This document shows, one piece after another, positions 40,640-54,147 of a stretch of 64,000 nt of DNA. Position 1 is the first letter of the stretch. Every line of letters starts with the position of its first letter. The position numbers were made by a program, and so were the translations under genes. Below the pieces are notes generated by a model, which made no database searches, was not told the DNA's origin, and worked only from the letters and a program-made list of their open reading frames with translations. This stretch comes from Octopus bimaculoides (taxonomy: Eukaryota), in assembly GCF_001194135.2 (NCBI RefSeq), contig NC_068991.1:18188765-18252764 (forward strand). The letters run 5' to 3'.

Positions 40640-40940
40640 ACATTCATCCTTTAACATCTGTTTTCCATGCTGGCGTGGGTTGGATGGTTTGACCAGAGCT
40701 GGTAAGCTGCACCAGGTTTCAGTCTAATTTGGCTTGGTTTCAACAGCTGGATGCCCTTCCTAACACTAACCACTTTACAGTGTGTGCTGGGTGATTTTAA
40801 TGTGCCACCAGCACAAGTGCTTTTTACATGGCACCAGCACAGGACTCTTGGAGGCCAATCCTCTCCACCAGAGGATCGACCTTAACACTTCTGCTGTGGA
40901 GGATGGGTCTTCTTGAGTTCAGCAAGATGTCAGGTCTCTC
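40640..40940 (-). mobile_element. Older RTE-type 3' end
   Basis: ttccatgctggc.tgggttgga...ctggatgcccttcctaac, shared with the 17.8-18.0 kb RTE 3' UTR. Smaller copies lie near 10600, 13260, 31560, 43370 and 51600. Confidence 0.7.
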
Positions 40941-41224
40941 TGATCACACACACACACATACATATTATTTGATAGTATTTAATAAACACAATATATGTTT
41001 TTATGTACTACTATTAGTTTCATATGCTGAGAACATGTCAAACATTGTTTTATAACAAGTCACGTATCCTAGCACAATCATAAAACAATGTTTGGCATGT
41101 TCTCAGCACATGAAACTAATAGTAGCGCATAAAAACATTGTGTTTATTAAATAATATTTATCTCTCACCAGATAAAGTGCTTTTTTTGTTGATCTTACCA
41201 TCACAGAACAGTACACTATGTGTA

Positions 41225-41277
<53 letters not shown>

Positions 41278-42129
41278 TTAAACATGCACATAGACATACA
41301 CAGGTATGTTGTGTGCATGTGTATTTATATTAACTGGCAGATATGGAACACTTATCAGCTTTTACAAGTTTAATGCATAATTACAAAATAGTTAATACAG
41401 ATTCTCAGGTTAAGCATGCTACAAGTATTTGCATTAAACTTGCAGAAGCTGATGAAGTGAATTATTCACTGAATTACTACACAGAAACTCATGTCTGCTT
41501 TAGTTTTCTCTTTGCCATGCTTCAAAGAAGGTATGGATCTTCTTCAGTATTGCATGTTGCTAATCATTATGTCCCTCATCATCATTTTGTGTGGCATAGC
41601 ATCTGAAATCAATCTTCAGCACTCCAGCTCAGATTTTCCTGAGGCACAGTTCACTTTGAGCACTTGGCACTTTTTATTCGGCTGTCATTGTCCGTGTTGA
41701 CTTTGCCTTTCATCCTTTCGGGGTTGATAAATTAAGTACTAGTCAAGCGCTGGGAAGTCGATGTATTCGACTAGCCCTCACCCCAAATTTCAGGCCTTGT
41801 GCCTGTAGTAGAAAGGATTATCTATCTGTGTGTTTACTGTAGTCTTTGAACCTGATGGATTCTGTCAAATCTTCCAACCTATGACAGCATGATACATGGG
41901 CATTAAAAGGTGAAAGAGATAATGGTGTGTGTACATATATAAAATGTACATGTGTGTGTGCACACTAACATTCAATATCCAACAGAACATGCTAGCTACA
42001 TTTTTCCAGTCTTAAGTCCTCTTCATTCAAGGTGCATGGCTAAGTACAATGCAGCACTGCAGTTCTAACACAAGCATCATACAATCTACCCTTCACTCTG
42101 AGGGAAAATACCTTTATTGTCAATAGTAA

Positions 42130-43320
42130 TGGTAGCCCTGAACTTTATCCAACCTGTCTATATCATGGCTATTACGCTTTCAGAGTATAATTTTGTCTCC
42201 TAGGTAACAAAAGCTGTCAACTAATAGTGAGTCATCTGGGTGTTTAAAAGAATCTATTTTCAGTGTGCTCATAATACATACTGCTCCTGTACATCAATCA
42301 CATATAAAGCTTACACTCTCTGTTAGTCTGCCTCTGATTCCACAACACCATCCATGTCTTCATAGCTTACATGGAGTACAGCATATAGAGTTTATCCCCA
42401 TGATTTTCCTGCATAACAAGCAAGCCATTTCCTGAAGATATCAGGGTCATCTTTCTTATTTACTAAAATCTTGAAGCTTCTTGATTTTTGATTTAGCTTT
42501 GGTACCCAGAATTTCCTTTCTAATTTCACTATAGATTCGGTTATGAGAACCAGATCATAGGCTTATAGGAGTTCCCATGGAAAGCGTATGTGATGGCCTG
42601 TAGGACTATGATCAATAGAAAAGGGTTGGGGAATGAGCTGTGATAGATTCCTCCCTTCAAGCTAAATTTGTCACTGAAATCATTGGTAAGCCTACTTTAC
42701 TCACTGCATTTTTATATACACTTACTCTTTTACTTGTTTCAGTCATTTGACTGCGGCCATGCTGGAGCACCGCCTTTCAGTCGAGCAAATCAACCCCAGG
42801 ACTTATTTTTTGTAAGTCTAGTACTTATTCTATCATTCTCTTTTGCCGAACCGCTAAGTTACGGGGACGTAAACACACCAGCATCGGTTGTCAAGCGATG
42901 TTAGGGGGACAAGCACAGACACACAAACATACACACACACACACGTATATATACATATACATATATACGACGGGCTTTTTTCAGTTTCCGCCTACCAAAT
43001 CCACTCACAATGCTTTGGTTGGCCCGAGGCTATAGTAGAAGACACTTGCTCAAGGTGCCATGCAGTGGGACTGAACCCGGAACCATGTGGTTGGTAATCA
43101 TGCTACTTACCACACAGCCACTCCTGCGCCTTCACAAACCATTCATCTCCATCATCTAATTTCATTAGTGACCACTGAATAACTGAACAAATTACCATAA
43201 AAAAAAAAACCTTCTCCAAGTCAACGAATGCTAAGATTAATGGTTTACTCTTAACCAAATATTTTTCCTTCAGGAATACTGCATGTGTGTCTGTATATGA
43301 AGTGAAACTGCATCTCATGT
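42130..43320 (-). pseudogene. RTE-clade reverse transcriptase fragment, split by a SINE
   Basis: 43318-43130 reads EKYLVKSKPLILAFVDLEK...WSLMKL..DEWFVKA. It resumes left of the SINE with YKNAVSKV...PWELL*AYDL (degenerate YADD) and a frameshifted SSGKW..C..C region. Confidence 0.8.
42722..43128 (-). mobile_element. SINE type A, full length, inserted into the RTE RT
   Basis: Reverse complement of 10991-11400; RT homology continues on both sides. Confidence 0.9.
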
Positions 43321-44804
43321 AGGTCTACTCCGTCATGGTTCAATTACGCTTTCACTCTCTCCACACACATATAAGAATAAGAATCTTTTAATGTCTATCT
43401 TCCATGCTTGCATGACTTAGATGGAATTTATTTGAGCAGATTTTCTACAGCCAGATGTCTTTCATGTTGACAACCTTCAAGCAAATATATTTCTCCATGG
43501 CCCCATGACCAGATTTCATGGAAGATTAGAAACAAAGGACACCACTTGTATGATGGTCACACTCATTCACATCCATCATGCAATGTCAAGACAAGGAGAC
43601 AGAGACACACGCACGCACACCCATGTACATATGTGTATATATACACATATATACACACTTATACGCTATATATAGTAAACGTGCGTGAGAGAGATTATGA
43701 AAAACACTACAGAATATAACAATATGTATGTATGTACGTAAGTACGTACATGATTAGGCAAAACAATTATATATTTATGTACAGAGAGAGGCAGACAGAA
43801 ATACAGAGAAGGGAAGGGAGATAAGGTTGTGTGTGCGTGTGTGTGTGTGTCCTCACTGACTGATATCCTCCCACGACTTCTGTTTTCTCATATAACTCAT
43901 AACCCCCTTTTAAAATGCATATTTTAAAATATTTTGCAGAAATACGTTTTCGTGAGTGTAGAGTAATATATTGATGTTACGCAAATTTAGATCTGTTAAA
44001 AACAAAAAAATGAAAAATGCTGGAGTTACGGATAGTGATAGAAACGAAGTCGGAGAGGGATGGAAATCGATCTAAAACTCTTCCCGAAATAATCCGAAAT
44101 AATCATTGTTTCTAAATTTTATCAACAAAATTGTAATCTACATTCTTGAAAACGTAATTATTCAAAATGTTGAATAAAAATACGCATTTTTCTTCAGAAA
44201 GTTATGGGAGAAACAAAATCTTGAGAGAGGGAACACCAGTCTGTATTTATACGACTTTCGTTTCCTTTTAAATTTCTAAAAAAATACATATTTTAAAATG
44301 AAATTTTCTACAGATATCATTCAGATGGCATAGATTACGATTACATTGGAATTTAATGTGGAAAAAATACTGGTGGGCGCGCGCACATCACATATATATC
44401 TACAAAATGAAACTTGAAATTTACAAAAAAAATATTTGATGTGTCAATGTGCATGTGTGCACGCTGAACATCCCCCCCCCCTTTTTTGCACATTAAATTC
44501 CAATATAATTGCAATCACACCAACAGAAAGATATTCGTAGAAAGTTTTCTGAAAGCTATGAGGAAACAAAGTCAGTAGGGTACACCTATGTAGAGCGACA
44601 GAGATAGATAGATTGATAGATAGATAAAAGGGTGGTGGATTATAAGAATCGTTGGAGAGTCGGATAAAATGGCTTGCATTATTTCTTCTGGTTGTTACGG
44701 TATGGGTTCGAATCGCGCTGAAGTCACACCCTTTAATAAAATAAAATGCCAACCAAATATTGGAGTCAACTTATTCCTACTGTCAAAACTGCTGGCCTTG
44801 TGCC

Positions 44805-44864
44805 TAAATAAGAAATCACGATATATATATATATATATATATATATATCGTGATTTCTTATTTA
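44805..44864. repeat. Perfect 60-bp palindrome centred on (AT)14
   Basis: taaataagaaatcacg-(AT)14-cgtgatttcttattta. Confidence 0.9.
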
Positions 44865-45012
44865 TCGTCGGTAAATCATAAATCCGAAAAATAGAAGCAC
44901 ACACATATATATATATACGCAGAATACTATGTATTTAATTACATATATTACATATTAATACATATAATATATTTATGACAGATATGGATGGAAAAATGAT
45001 AAAAATATCTAG

Positions 45013-45061
<49 letters not shown>

Positions 45062-45124
45062 AAAACTGATTCAAGCGTAAATATTATATTTACAAGGCAT
45101 CTACGTATTGATATTGACAATTAC

Positions 45125-45236
45125 CTGATTATAATGGATCAGCTAGACGAAGAAGAAACATCAAGCGTGATGATATTCCACATATGACATTGGCACCAAC
45201 GGTAAAGTTGGTGATTCACGTTAAACAGGATGCTTC
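45125..45236 (-). other. Candidate non-coding internal exon
   Basis: Acceptor cttcttcag|G with a CTAAT branch-like site at 45274-45278; donor CAG|GTAATT. Stops occur in all three frames. Confidence 0.25.
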
Positions 45237-46169
45237 CTGAAGAAGTCTCGTCACCACAATATCAGTTGTCGTGATTAGATGTAGGTTATAGCTTCAAAGT
45301 AAAATGTATGTTGATGTATGTGTGTACGTATATAAATATATATGTGTATATATATATTTATATATGTGTTTTTTGCAAAAAGCTTTAAAGGATGTTAATT
45401 TTTTACGGTTTTTTGTCCGTTTTTCGTATTTATTTCACGCCACTACTCTTAGATTTTGGTGGGCGGTGTCACATAAAATGTTTCCCTGTAAGTTTCATTG
45501 TCTGCGACTGTACTTGTTTTCATGGTTTAATTTTAACAAAAAAAATTAAACCATGATAAAAGACATACTATATGTGAATACGTTTAATTTTCTTCTAGCT
45601 AGCTATAAGCTTAAGCTGATGTTGGAAGAGTGAAATCATATTTAATCTCAAAATTATATATTCAATTTTTCTGCTACACTAAGTGTGACTCTGACTTAAT
45701 TTTAAGGTATACTTTTCGACTGTACACCGGTTATGGCTAAGAATGAATGTATTTGTGTTTGCGCACTTTTATACATGTGCACGTATGTGTGCGTGTGTAT
45801 AAGCCCACACACACACATACATATATGTATGAGTAGACGAAGAAGAAATAAATTCAATGAGTAACTGGAAATTTATTTACGGATAAGCTTCCGATAAGTA
45901 CGTTGGAGGCAAATAGACTTACTGTGTGTGTGTATGGTGGGGGTGGAGTAATCGATATGTGTGTAAAAGGTAATGTGCATTGTAATATGTGATATTGGAG
46001 TAGGGAAAGGCGAGGTTAGGCATAAAAGTAGTGTAAGGTCGATGGTTCTGGTTCAGAAATCTCGATGCGTTAATGGATTTTCCATTTTATAAACACAAAC
46101 ACACATGCGCTCGCCAAGAAGCACGCTCTCGTAGGTGCGTGATTGAGAAAATGAAATATGTTTACTTAC

Positions 46170-46430
46170 AGAGAAATTTGCTGTTCTCATTCAATGTGCG
46201 CTCATGAGATAGGAGTTCCTGAATGAGATTTTAATTTTATTGAGAATGATGGTGCTGTTTAACCTCAACTCGAAACTGAATAGAGCTCCATATCTTTTTT
46301 TTTTCTTTGTTTTTAAAGATATCTTGTTTCCAGTACTAGATTTTCCGATATATTTTCCCTTCTTTGAAACAGTAGGGAGACTTGGGAGCGATTGCAGATC
46401 GTATGACTGCACTGAGTTGCGATTTACTGT
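46170..46430 (-). other. Candidate non-coding first exon (5' boundary approximate)
   Basis: Minus donor T|GTAAGT at 46170/46169; TCAGT initiator-like motif near 46410; TE-poor, CpG-retaining context. Confidence 0.3.
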
Positions 46431-47189
46431 TAGTTCGTAAAACGAATATTTAATAAGTGAAATCTGTTACGCATAGGACATTAATGAAATGAAATTTGTT
46501 GTTCAATGTATGAAATGTGTGATCAATTTATTAAATTGATAATTTAGGAAATGAAAACTGCTCTATGAATTCAAGGAGTGAAAAGAATTGTGTGATCATA
46601 ATATGTTTTTTAAAATGTGTAGCCATAAGAAGTGTGATAAAGGAAGAAAAAGATGATGAAATGTGTCTTAAAGAAATTAAAATCTGTTGTTCATGAACTA
46701 AAGTTGTTTTTGTTTTTTTAGTTTATTTTTATTTTTTTCCTTGAAAAGTGTGATCATTAAATATATTCTCAGAAAATGAAGCCTGTTGTGTGAGCCTTAA
46801 AATATACTACCCAACATATACGATAATAAAATTAATAGTTTATAAAACATCTGTTGTCTCTGTTCATGATTTGCTGTTTTTTAATTGAATGTTTTCAATA
46901 TAACAAAAAACAAGTTTCTGTGGTCATCAAATATGTTTATTTAAAACAAAATCTGTTGAGAATTTGGATCATCATCATCATCAGTATCATTTTACGCCTA
47001 CTTTTTCATGCTTGTATAGGTCAGACGAAATTTGTTGATACAAATTCTCTATGGTCGGGTGCCGTTCATGTCACCAACCCTCACCTGTTTCCAAACAGAG
47101 TAATATTTTCCCATAGCCAGACATTTTTGACAGAAGACTGGAAACGAATAACCGTCACATGATGTGAAGTCAAGGACACACACACGTGA

Positions 47190-47535
47190 ACACCATTTTG
47201 AGCGTGGCCGTTGCCAGTACCGCCTGACTGGCCTTCGTAGGATTTTTGAGCGAGATCGTTGCCAGTGCCTCTGGACTGGCTCCTGTGCAGGTGGCACATA
47301 AAATACACCATCTTGAGCGTGGCCGTTGCCAGTACCGCCTGACTGGCCTTCGTGCGGGTGACACGTAAAAGCACCCACTACACTCTCTGAGTGGTTGGCG
47401 TTAGGAAGGGCATCCAGCCGTAGAAACTCTGCCAAATTAGATTGGAGCCTGGTGTAGCCATCTGGTTTCACCAGTCCTCAGTCAAATCGTCCAACCCATG
47501 CTAGCATGGAAAGCAGACGTTAAACGATGATGATG
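47190..47535 (+). mobile_element. RTE LINE 3' UTR with internal tandem repeats
   Basis: ttgagcgtggccgttgccagtaccgcctgactggccttcgt occurs twice; ends aagcagacgttaaacgatgatgat, the same tail as 17.8 kb. Confidence 0.85.
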
Positions 47536-48223
47536 TGTGTGTGTGTGTGGAGAGAGAAAGGGAGCAAGCTGACTTCTGATGCAGAGGTGCCACCCTGGAT
47601 GAAGAGGCAGAAGTTGTTCCCATCCATTTGAGCACTACTCTGTGTTATCTATACTAGGCTTAGTTTGCTTTCACCTGCTCATATATTGGGTCATCCCATA
47701 AATAATGTGTTTTTTTCCCAAATGCCTGAATAAAAGTTGGAGGGGAACAGGGTAACTATCTGCATCAACTTGCTATAAAAGCAGGGAGTAATTTTACCTC
47801 TTAGTGCAAGTTTTGAAGAGTGCAGTTCGATTTTAACAGTTATTTCTTCAAAGTTATAATGGAAATGACAAAGGACCATATTCAGCATATTTTACTTTAG
47901 GAGTTCAATAAAGGCAACAATGCAATGGAAAATGCGAGTATTATTAATGCAGTATATGGGGATCAGACAATAAGCATAAGCCAGTGTCAACAGTGATTCC
48001 AAAAATTCCGAGCTGGAAATTACAGCCTAGAAGACCAGCCTCATCATGAAAGATCTGTAGAGCTCGACAAGGACATTCTGCAAACCCTGGGGGAACAAAA
48101 TATGAATGAGAAAGGAAGTGATGATAGATGAATAAGGAAGGAAGGGGTGATGGCAAACTGGTAGTGGGAGCGTTTCAACTCCCTGTGCATATATGTGTGT
48201 GTATGTAAAAGAGAGGGATGTGA

Positions 48224-48292
<69 letters not shown>

Positions 48293-49248
48293 CGTGCGCA
48301 CGTGTGTGTGTGCATGTAATGGAAGTGGAATGGTGAATATTCAACGCTGAAAAGAAAAATCAAACAGTGTTTCAACTCTGTGAATATATGTGTGTATGTG
48401 TGTGTGTGTGTACAAGGGAAGTATGTGAATTTTTGTTTGTGTGAACAAGCGTTCTTTCAGTAACAAATGATGATTAATTACATATCTCGAAAGACAACCA
48501 CGAGATAACATTGACAAGTGTATTAATTTGATTTAGCATCCATATCTATATATAAAATACTACAATTAGTGGGCATTTTTGGTGGCCCGGGGCCAGCTAG
48601 TATTATTATAAACAACACAAACATTTTGTAATTTAATAGCTTTTAATGTGATACCTGTTAAACAGAAATTATTTTTGTTTAATGAAAATTTAATAAAATC
48701 TAATCATAAGTAAGTGAAATTATGCTAAATACAACTAAATTGAAAACCTTTTTCCCCTGACCGTATCAGCAATTCTGAAAACTTTTAGGTGCAAATTTTA
48801 CATGAGTAGAAGCTTTTTTTAACAAATTTTATCCTGAAAATCACCTGCATAAATTACACAGGTGCACAAATTACATGGGTTTTTACAGTATTTAGTGAGG
48901 AGAGAGAACTAAAGACCAAGACTTCTGAAGGCCTGTTTGGGACAAGTAAGACTGATGCAGAGGCATAGAAAGAAAGGAAGCAAGAGAATCAGAGATCAGT
49001 CACCACTGGGCACAGGCATGATGTGGCTCAAAATTTCCTCTGGACTATTATGCTTGTTAATTACAATGGGGGCACCAAATGTGTTTTTTCCCGAGGGTGC
49101 TGAGAAGAACCTCGTTATGCTTTTAATTATAGCATCCACCAAAGCAGTGAACTGGCAGAATTGTTAACACACCAGCCTAAATACTTAGCAGCATTTCATC
49201 CGTCTCTACATTCTGAGTTCAAATTCCTCCAAGGTCATCTTTGCCTCT

Positions 49249-49413
49249 TGTTGTGTCGACGCCCCCAGGCGAAGAAGTAGGATCTCCCAAGACATACAAA
49301 TAGAGGTAGTCTGGCCGTGGTAGGAGTGTTGAGTAGCAGTCGAGTAGCAGTTGTGTAGCGGTTGAGTAGAGATCATCCGAAGGTGCTAGATAGCAGTAGC
49401 TTGAGACATAACA
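49249..49413. mobile_element. 165-bp solo LTR inserted in a type-B SINE
   Basis: Starts TGTTGTGTC and ends GACATAACA (8/9 inverted match). 5-bp TSD CCTCT at 49244-49248 and 49414-49418; the SINE core resumes after it. Confidence 0.8.
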
Positions 49414-49812
49414 CCTCTCATCCTTTCAGGGTCAATAAAATAAATACCAGTTGAGCCCTAGGATCAATGTAATCAATGTAAGCCCTGCCCTGCACTTGCT
49501 GGCCTTATACTAAAATTTGAAATCAACTATAGCACTCACCATAAACAACACTATATTGCTATTTAGATATGTCTTGAAGACAGATGTTTACATACTTGTG
49601 GAGGGAAAGATAAATATTTTTGTAAGCTGGGACAAAATTAATGTGGAAAAAAAAATCTCATCTCTTCTGTTAAGGTGAACCTCTAGATAGTTACAAATAA
49701 CAGCCAAATTTGAGTTATTACAAATATCAGCCAAATCTCCCTCAAATTACACTACACTGTCTTATATAAAGAAAGGAATTGTTAAATAATGTAGACCTAT
49801 ATCCTCCTCTTT

Positions 49813-50138
49813 GGGTGGAGGCGCAATGGCCCAGTGGTTAGGGCAGCGGACTCGCAGTCATAGGATCGTGGTTTCGATTCCCAAACCGGGCGTTGTGAGT
49901 GTTTATTGAGCGAAAACATCTAAAGCTCCACGAGGCTCCAGCAGTGGATGGTGGCGAACCCTGCTGCACTCTTTCACCACAACTTTCTCTCACTCTTTCT
50001 TCCTGTTTCTGTTGTGCGTGTAATTCAAAGGTTCAGCCTTGTCACACTGTGTCACGCTGAATATCCCCAAGAACAACGTTAAGGGTACATGTGTCTGTGG
50101 ATTGCTGAGCCACTTGCACGTTAATTTCACGAGCAGGC
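49813..50138 (+). mobile_element. SINE type C (3' end lost in gap)
   Basis: Near-identical to 60833-61219. Confidence 0.9.
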
Positions 50139-51889
50139 NNNNNNNNNNNNNNNNNNNNNNNNNNNNNNNNNNNNNNNNNNNNNNNNNNNNNNNNNNNNNN
50201 NNNNNNNNNNNNNNNNNNNNNNNNNNNNNNNNNNNNNNNNNNNNNNNNNNNNNNNNNNNNNNNNNNNNNNNNNNNNNNNNNNNNNNNNNNNNNNNNNNNN
50301 NNNNNNNNNNNNNNNNNNNNNNNNNNNNNNNNNNNNNNNNNNNNNNNNNNNNNNNNNNNNNNNNNNNNNNNNNNNNNNNNNNNNNNNNNNNNNNNNNNNN
50401 NNNNNNNNNNNNNNNNNNNNNNNNNNNNNNNNNNNNNNNNNNNNNNNNNNNNNNNNNNNNNNNNNNNNNNNNNNNNNNNNNNNNNNNNNNNNNNNNNNNN
50501 NNNNNNNNNNNNNNNNNNNNNNNNNNNNNNNNNNNNNNNNNNNNNNNNNNNNNNNNNNNNNNNNNNNNNNNNNNNNNNNNNNNNNNNNNNNNNNNNNNNN
50601 NNNNNNNNNNNNNNNNNNNNNNNNNNNNNNNNNNNNNNNNNNNNNNNNNNNNNNNNNNNNNNNNNNNNNNNNNNNNNNNNNNNNNNNNNNNNNNNNNNNN
50701 NNNNNNNNNNNNNNNNNNNNNNNNNNNNNNNNNNNNNNNNNNNNNNNNNNNNNNNNNNNNNNTTGTATTTCTGGATTTAATGATTAATATAAGAACTGGG
50801 GAGAGGCGGCCGAGCCGTCATATCTCATCCAATTCTTATAACTGGTGACCCCGACATGATGACGGAATTATCTCTCAAACAACTCGTAAAAAAAATGAAG
50901 AGACGACGGGAAAAAAAACAATTTTTCAGTACCAAGGACCTCCTCATCATCTTTTTATTGAAATAAATTTTCCCATGCACCTTGGATTTTTTTAAAGATA
51001 TGTGTACTTCACAAATTTTAAAATCAACTCACATGATCCCTTCCTTACCAGTAGTACATTTTTTGTGAATCCTCAAGGGTCTGCACTACCCAGGTTGGGC
51101 ATTGTTGTCCTACCATTTAAAAAACATAAAGTAAAAAAAAACAAATGAGACATTAGATCGGATATTGTAGTCCTAGGCATAAGTGTTTCTGAAAAAAACA
51201 AACAAGAAAAGAAAACAAAGAGGATTGTCACACCCATAATTTATTTGTTTATAAGTCATTTGGATCACGACTGACCTTGGAGTAAACAACAAACAACTTT
51301 TATTCTCTTTCATACGTAAATCTCTTCATTGAGAGGGTCACCAAAAGTTTGTAGTCACTCCACTTAAGATAGTTGTGTACATGTGTATGTTTTTGTGTAT
51401 GTGCATGTGCATGCATATGTGTGTGAACATGTGTGTGTATGCGTGTGTCTACGTAAATGTGTGTATGACAATTAGGTAATTTCTCTTGTCCTGTTTCCTG
51501 ACGTGCTTTTATTTCAATGTCATGTTTCATGCCATTGATAATCATTAATAACATAAATTGCAATTAATTGCTTTCCTCTTTCTCTTCTACATCATCATCA
51601 TCATCATTTAACATCCATGTTCCATGCTGGAATGGGTTGGATGGTTTGACAAGATTTAACGAGTACCAGTGTCTGCTCTGGCATGGTTTCTATGGCTGGC
51701 TGCCCTTCTTATGTTTTGTTTCTAAGAAATGTTTTTGTTTTTTTGCTTGCTTTGTTTGTTTTTTTTTTGTCTTCATCTAAGATATGAAACATATACATAT
51801 CCAAAATATTAGTAAGTGATTTCTTTCTTTCTTTCTTTCTTTATTTCTTTCTTTTCATCCTTCTAATTATTATCATTATCATTATTATT

Positions 51890-53215
51890 AAGAAGGCAGT
51901 GAGCTGGCTGAATCATCAGCACACCGGTCAAAATGCTTAGCAGCATTTTGTCTATCTGCACGTTCTGAGTTCAAATTCTGCTGAAGTCGACTTTGCCTTT
52001 CATCCTTTCAGGGCCAATAGATTAAGTACCTGTGAAACACTGGGGTCGATGAAATCAACTATCCTCTCCCCCAAATTTCAGGCCTTGTGCCTAAAGTAAA
52101 AAGGATTATTATTATTATTGTTATTATTAAGGCAGTGAGCAGGCCGAATTGTTGGCACAACAGGCAAAATGCTTAGAGGCATTTATTCTTTCTTTATTTC
52201 TGAGTTCAAATTCCACTGAGGTCAACCTTGCCTTTCATCTTTTTGGGTTAATAAAATAAATACCAGTGAAACACCGGGGTCGATGAAATCAACTATCCTC
52301 TCCCCCAAATTTCAGGCCTTGTGCCTAAAGTAGAAAGGATTATTATTATTATTACCATTATCATTATCATCAGGGCTGCAAGCTAATCAATAAGATGCCA
52401 GACAAAATGCTAAGCAGCATTTCTTCTGGCATTACATTCTGAGTTCAAATTTTGCCGAGATTTACTTTACCTTTCATCCTCTCAGTATCAACAGAATAAG
52501 TACCAGTTGATCACTGGAGTCAGTGTAATTACTAGACCCCCTCCCACTGGCCAAGCTGTCATCGGTTCTCTTCAAATATCATTTGAAGATGAAGGTGAGG
52601 ACAGAGAGAGAAGCACTGCCTTCTTGTGTGTTTATAAAAGGTAGCTGACAGTGGCAAGACTTGTGAGGCTGAATGGATCTACTCTGAGTATGCTTTTCTA
52701 ATTAGGAGGAAAGAAACTAGAAAATGACACTTCCCATGCCTTGGGGATGTCAGAGTAATCCAGAAATTGTGGATAGGGTTTACCCCAAATTACCCTAAGT
52801 GGACTACCTCACTATTGGAGTTTCTATTCATTTATTAATTATTTCTTTTTATTTGTACTTTTATTCTCTTTTTTGTTATATCCTTATTGTTGTAGTGTTC
52901 CCCTACCTGTTTATATGCTGTATCTTGTCCATTGATATTGTTTTCCGTGTCTTGGGCTCTTGAGGCCAATAAAAGAAATCATTATTATAATTATTAGCAA
53001 GGCGGCGAGCTGGCAGAAACGTTAGCAGGCCGGGCGAAATGCTTAGCGGTCTTTACATTCTGAATTCAAATTCCATCGAGGTCAACTTTGCTTTTCATCC
53101 TTTTAGAGTCAATTAAATAAGTACCAGTTTTGTACTGGGGTCGATCTAATTGATTGGCCCCCCCCCTCCCCCAAAAATTTCGGGCCTTGTGCCTTGAGTA
53201 GAAAAGAATATATAT
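51890..53215 (+). mobile_element. Cluster of type-B SINEs (three tandem at 51890-52540, another at 52998-53215)
   Basis: Repeated type-B head/core/tail units joined by (TTA)n. Confidence 0.85.
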
Positions 53216-53219
53216 ATAT

Positions 53220-53369
53220 TGAGACCCCCTTTGGTCATGACTGACCATCGAATTGCACCTAGAAACTTACCCTCCCAGGTACAAGTCCGGGTAAGGTTGT
53301 TTTATGGAAGACCAACAGTTGCCCATGCATACCGGCCTCCCCTCTCCATGCCACCAGTATTATCCAAGG
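53220..53369 (-). mobile_element. Retroposon 3' end sharing its tail with SINE type D
   Basis: gagaccccctttggtcatga...ttgcacctagaaa...ttatccaagg is the reverse complement of the 16670-16825 tail. Confidence 0.65.
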
Positions 53370-53467
53370 NNNNNNNNNNNNNNNNNNNNNNNNNNNNNNN
53401 NNNNNNNNNNNNNNNNNNNNNNNNNNNNNNNNNNNNNNNNNNNNNNNNNNNNNNNNNNNNNNNNNNN

Positions 53468-53620
53468 AACAATAACAGACAAGAGGATGTGCACAAGGAA
53501 TGTATTAGTTTGACAGTCAATCACTAAAAGGAGTAAGTTTTGGACGTTTCGGGCTTAGCTCTTTGTCGGAAAGGAGAAAGGGAAAAGTCCAAAGAAGGAA
53601 AAGAAATCACCAACAGTGCG
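53468..53620 (-). mobile_element. Penelope-like terminal-repeat fragment with a degenerate hammerhead motif
   Basis: Minus strand reads ctttc-CGACAA-A-GAGC-UAA-GCCC-GAAA-CG-UC at about 53575-53543, followed by a pyrimidine-rich tail. Confidence 0.5.
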
Positions 53621-53697
53621 TAGTTACGTTGCTGAACATGTGTGTGTTGTGTTTGTTCTTCACCACTGCTTGACAATTAGTGTTGGCTTGTTTACAT

Positions 53698-54147
53698 TGT
53701 AGTGGCGCGAAATTATAGCCGCCATTGAGGAAGTACTATCTGCACATGCGTAAGGGACTTGCTTTCCGGAAGCCCCTCGAGTGTGCATGAGTAGTAAAAC
53801 TAGTACTTAAAGAGTTGGTTTCACTCTGTAAGTCTCTTCAACGCGACACCTTCGACGTGACTACACCTTGCTCCTCAACGAAGCACTCTTCACCACGATG
53901 CCATCGATGTGATAGCTACTTGCTCCTCTGGCATGCATCAAGGAAGCTCTTAATCTTCCAATACCGATTACAAATTAATCAGCGGCTGCTAAGCTGAGTG
54001 ACACAGGATTTATAAAACCAAGCATCATCAAAAATAAAGCTTATTTTTATTATGTTGTTAATTGTTCTACTGTTTCTTCATATATAATTATGTTGAAAGG
54101 TGATAGAGAGAGACTAATGTCTCTATTGCATCTATCAACCTTTTACA
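53698..54147. mobile_element. 450-bp solo LTR inserted in an old SINE tail
   Basis: TGTAG...TTACA termini; 4-bp TSD ACAT at 53694-53697 and 54148-54151; AATAAA near 54035; CpG-rich. The SINE-A tail sequence resumes after it. Confidence 0.7.

Noticed and set aside
49813-49885. tRNA genes at SINE heads (also 60833, 16490, 17093)
   Set aside because: Only A/B-box-like portions without a complete acceptor stem; each continues into a SINE body.
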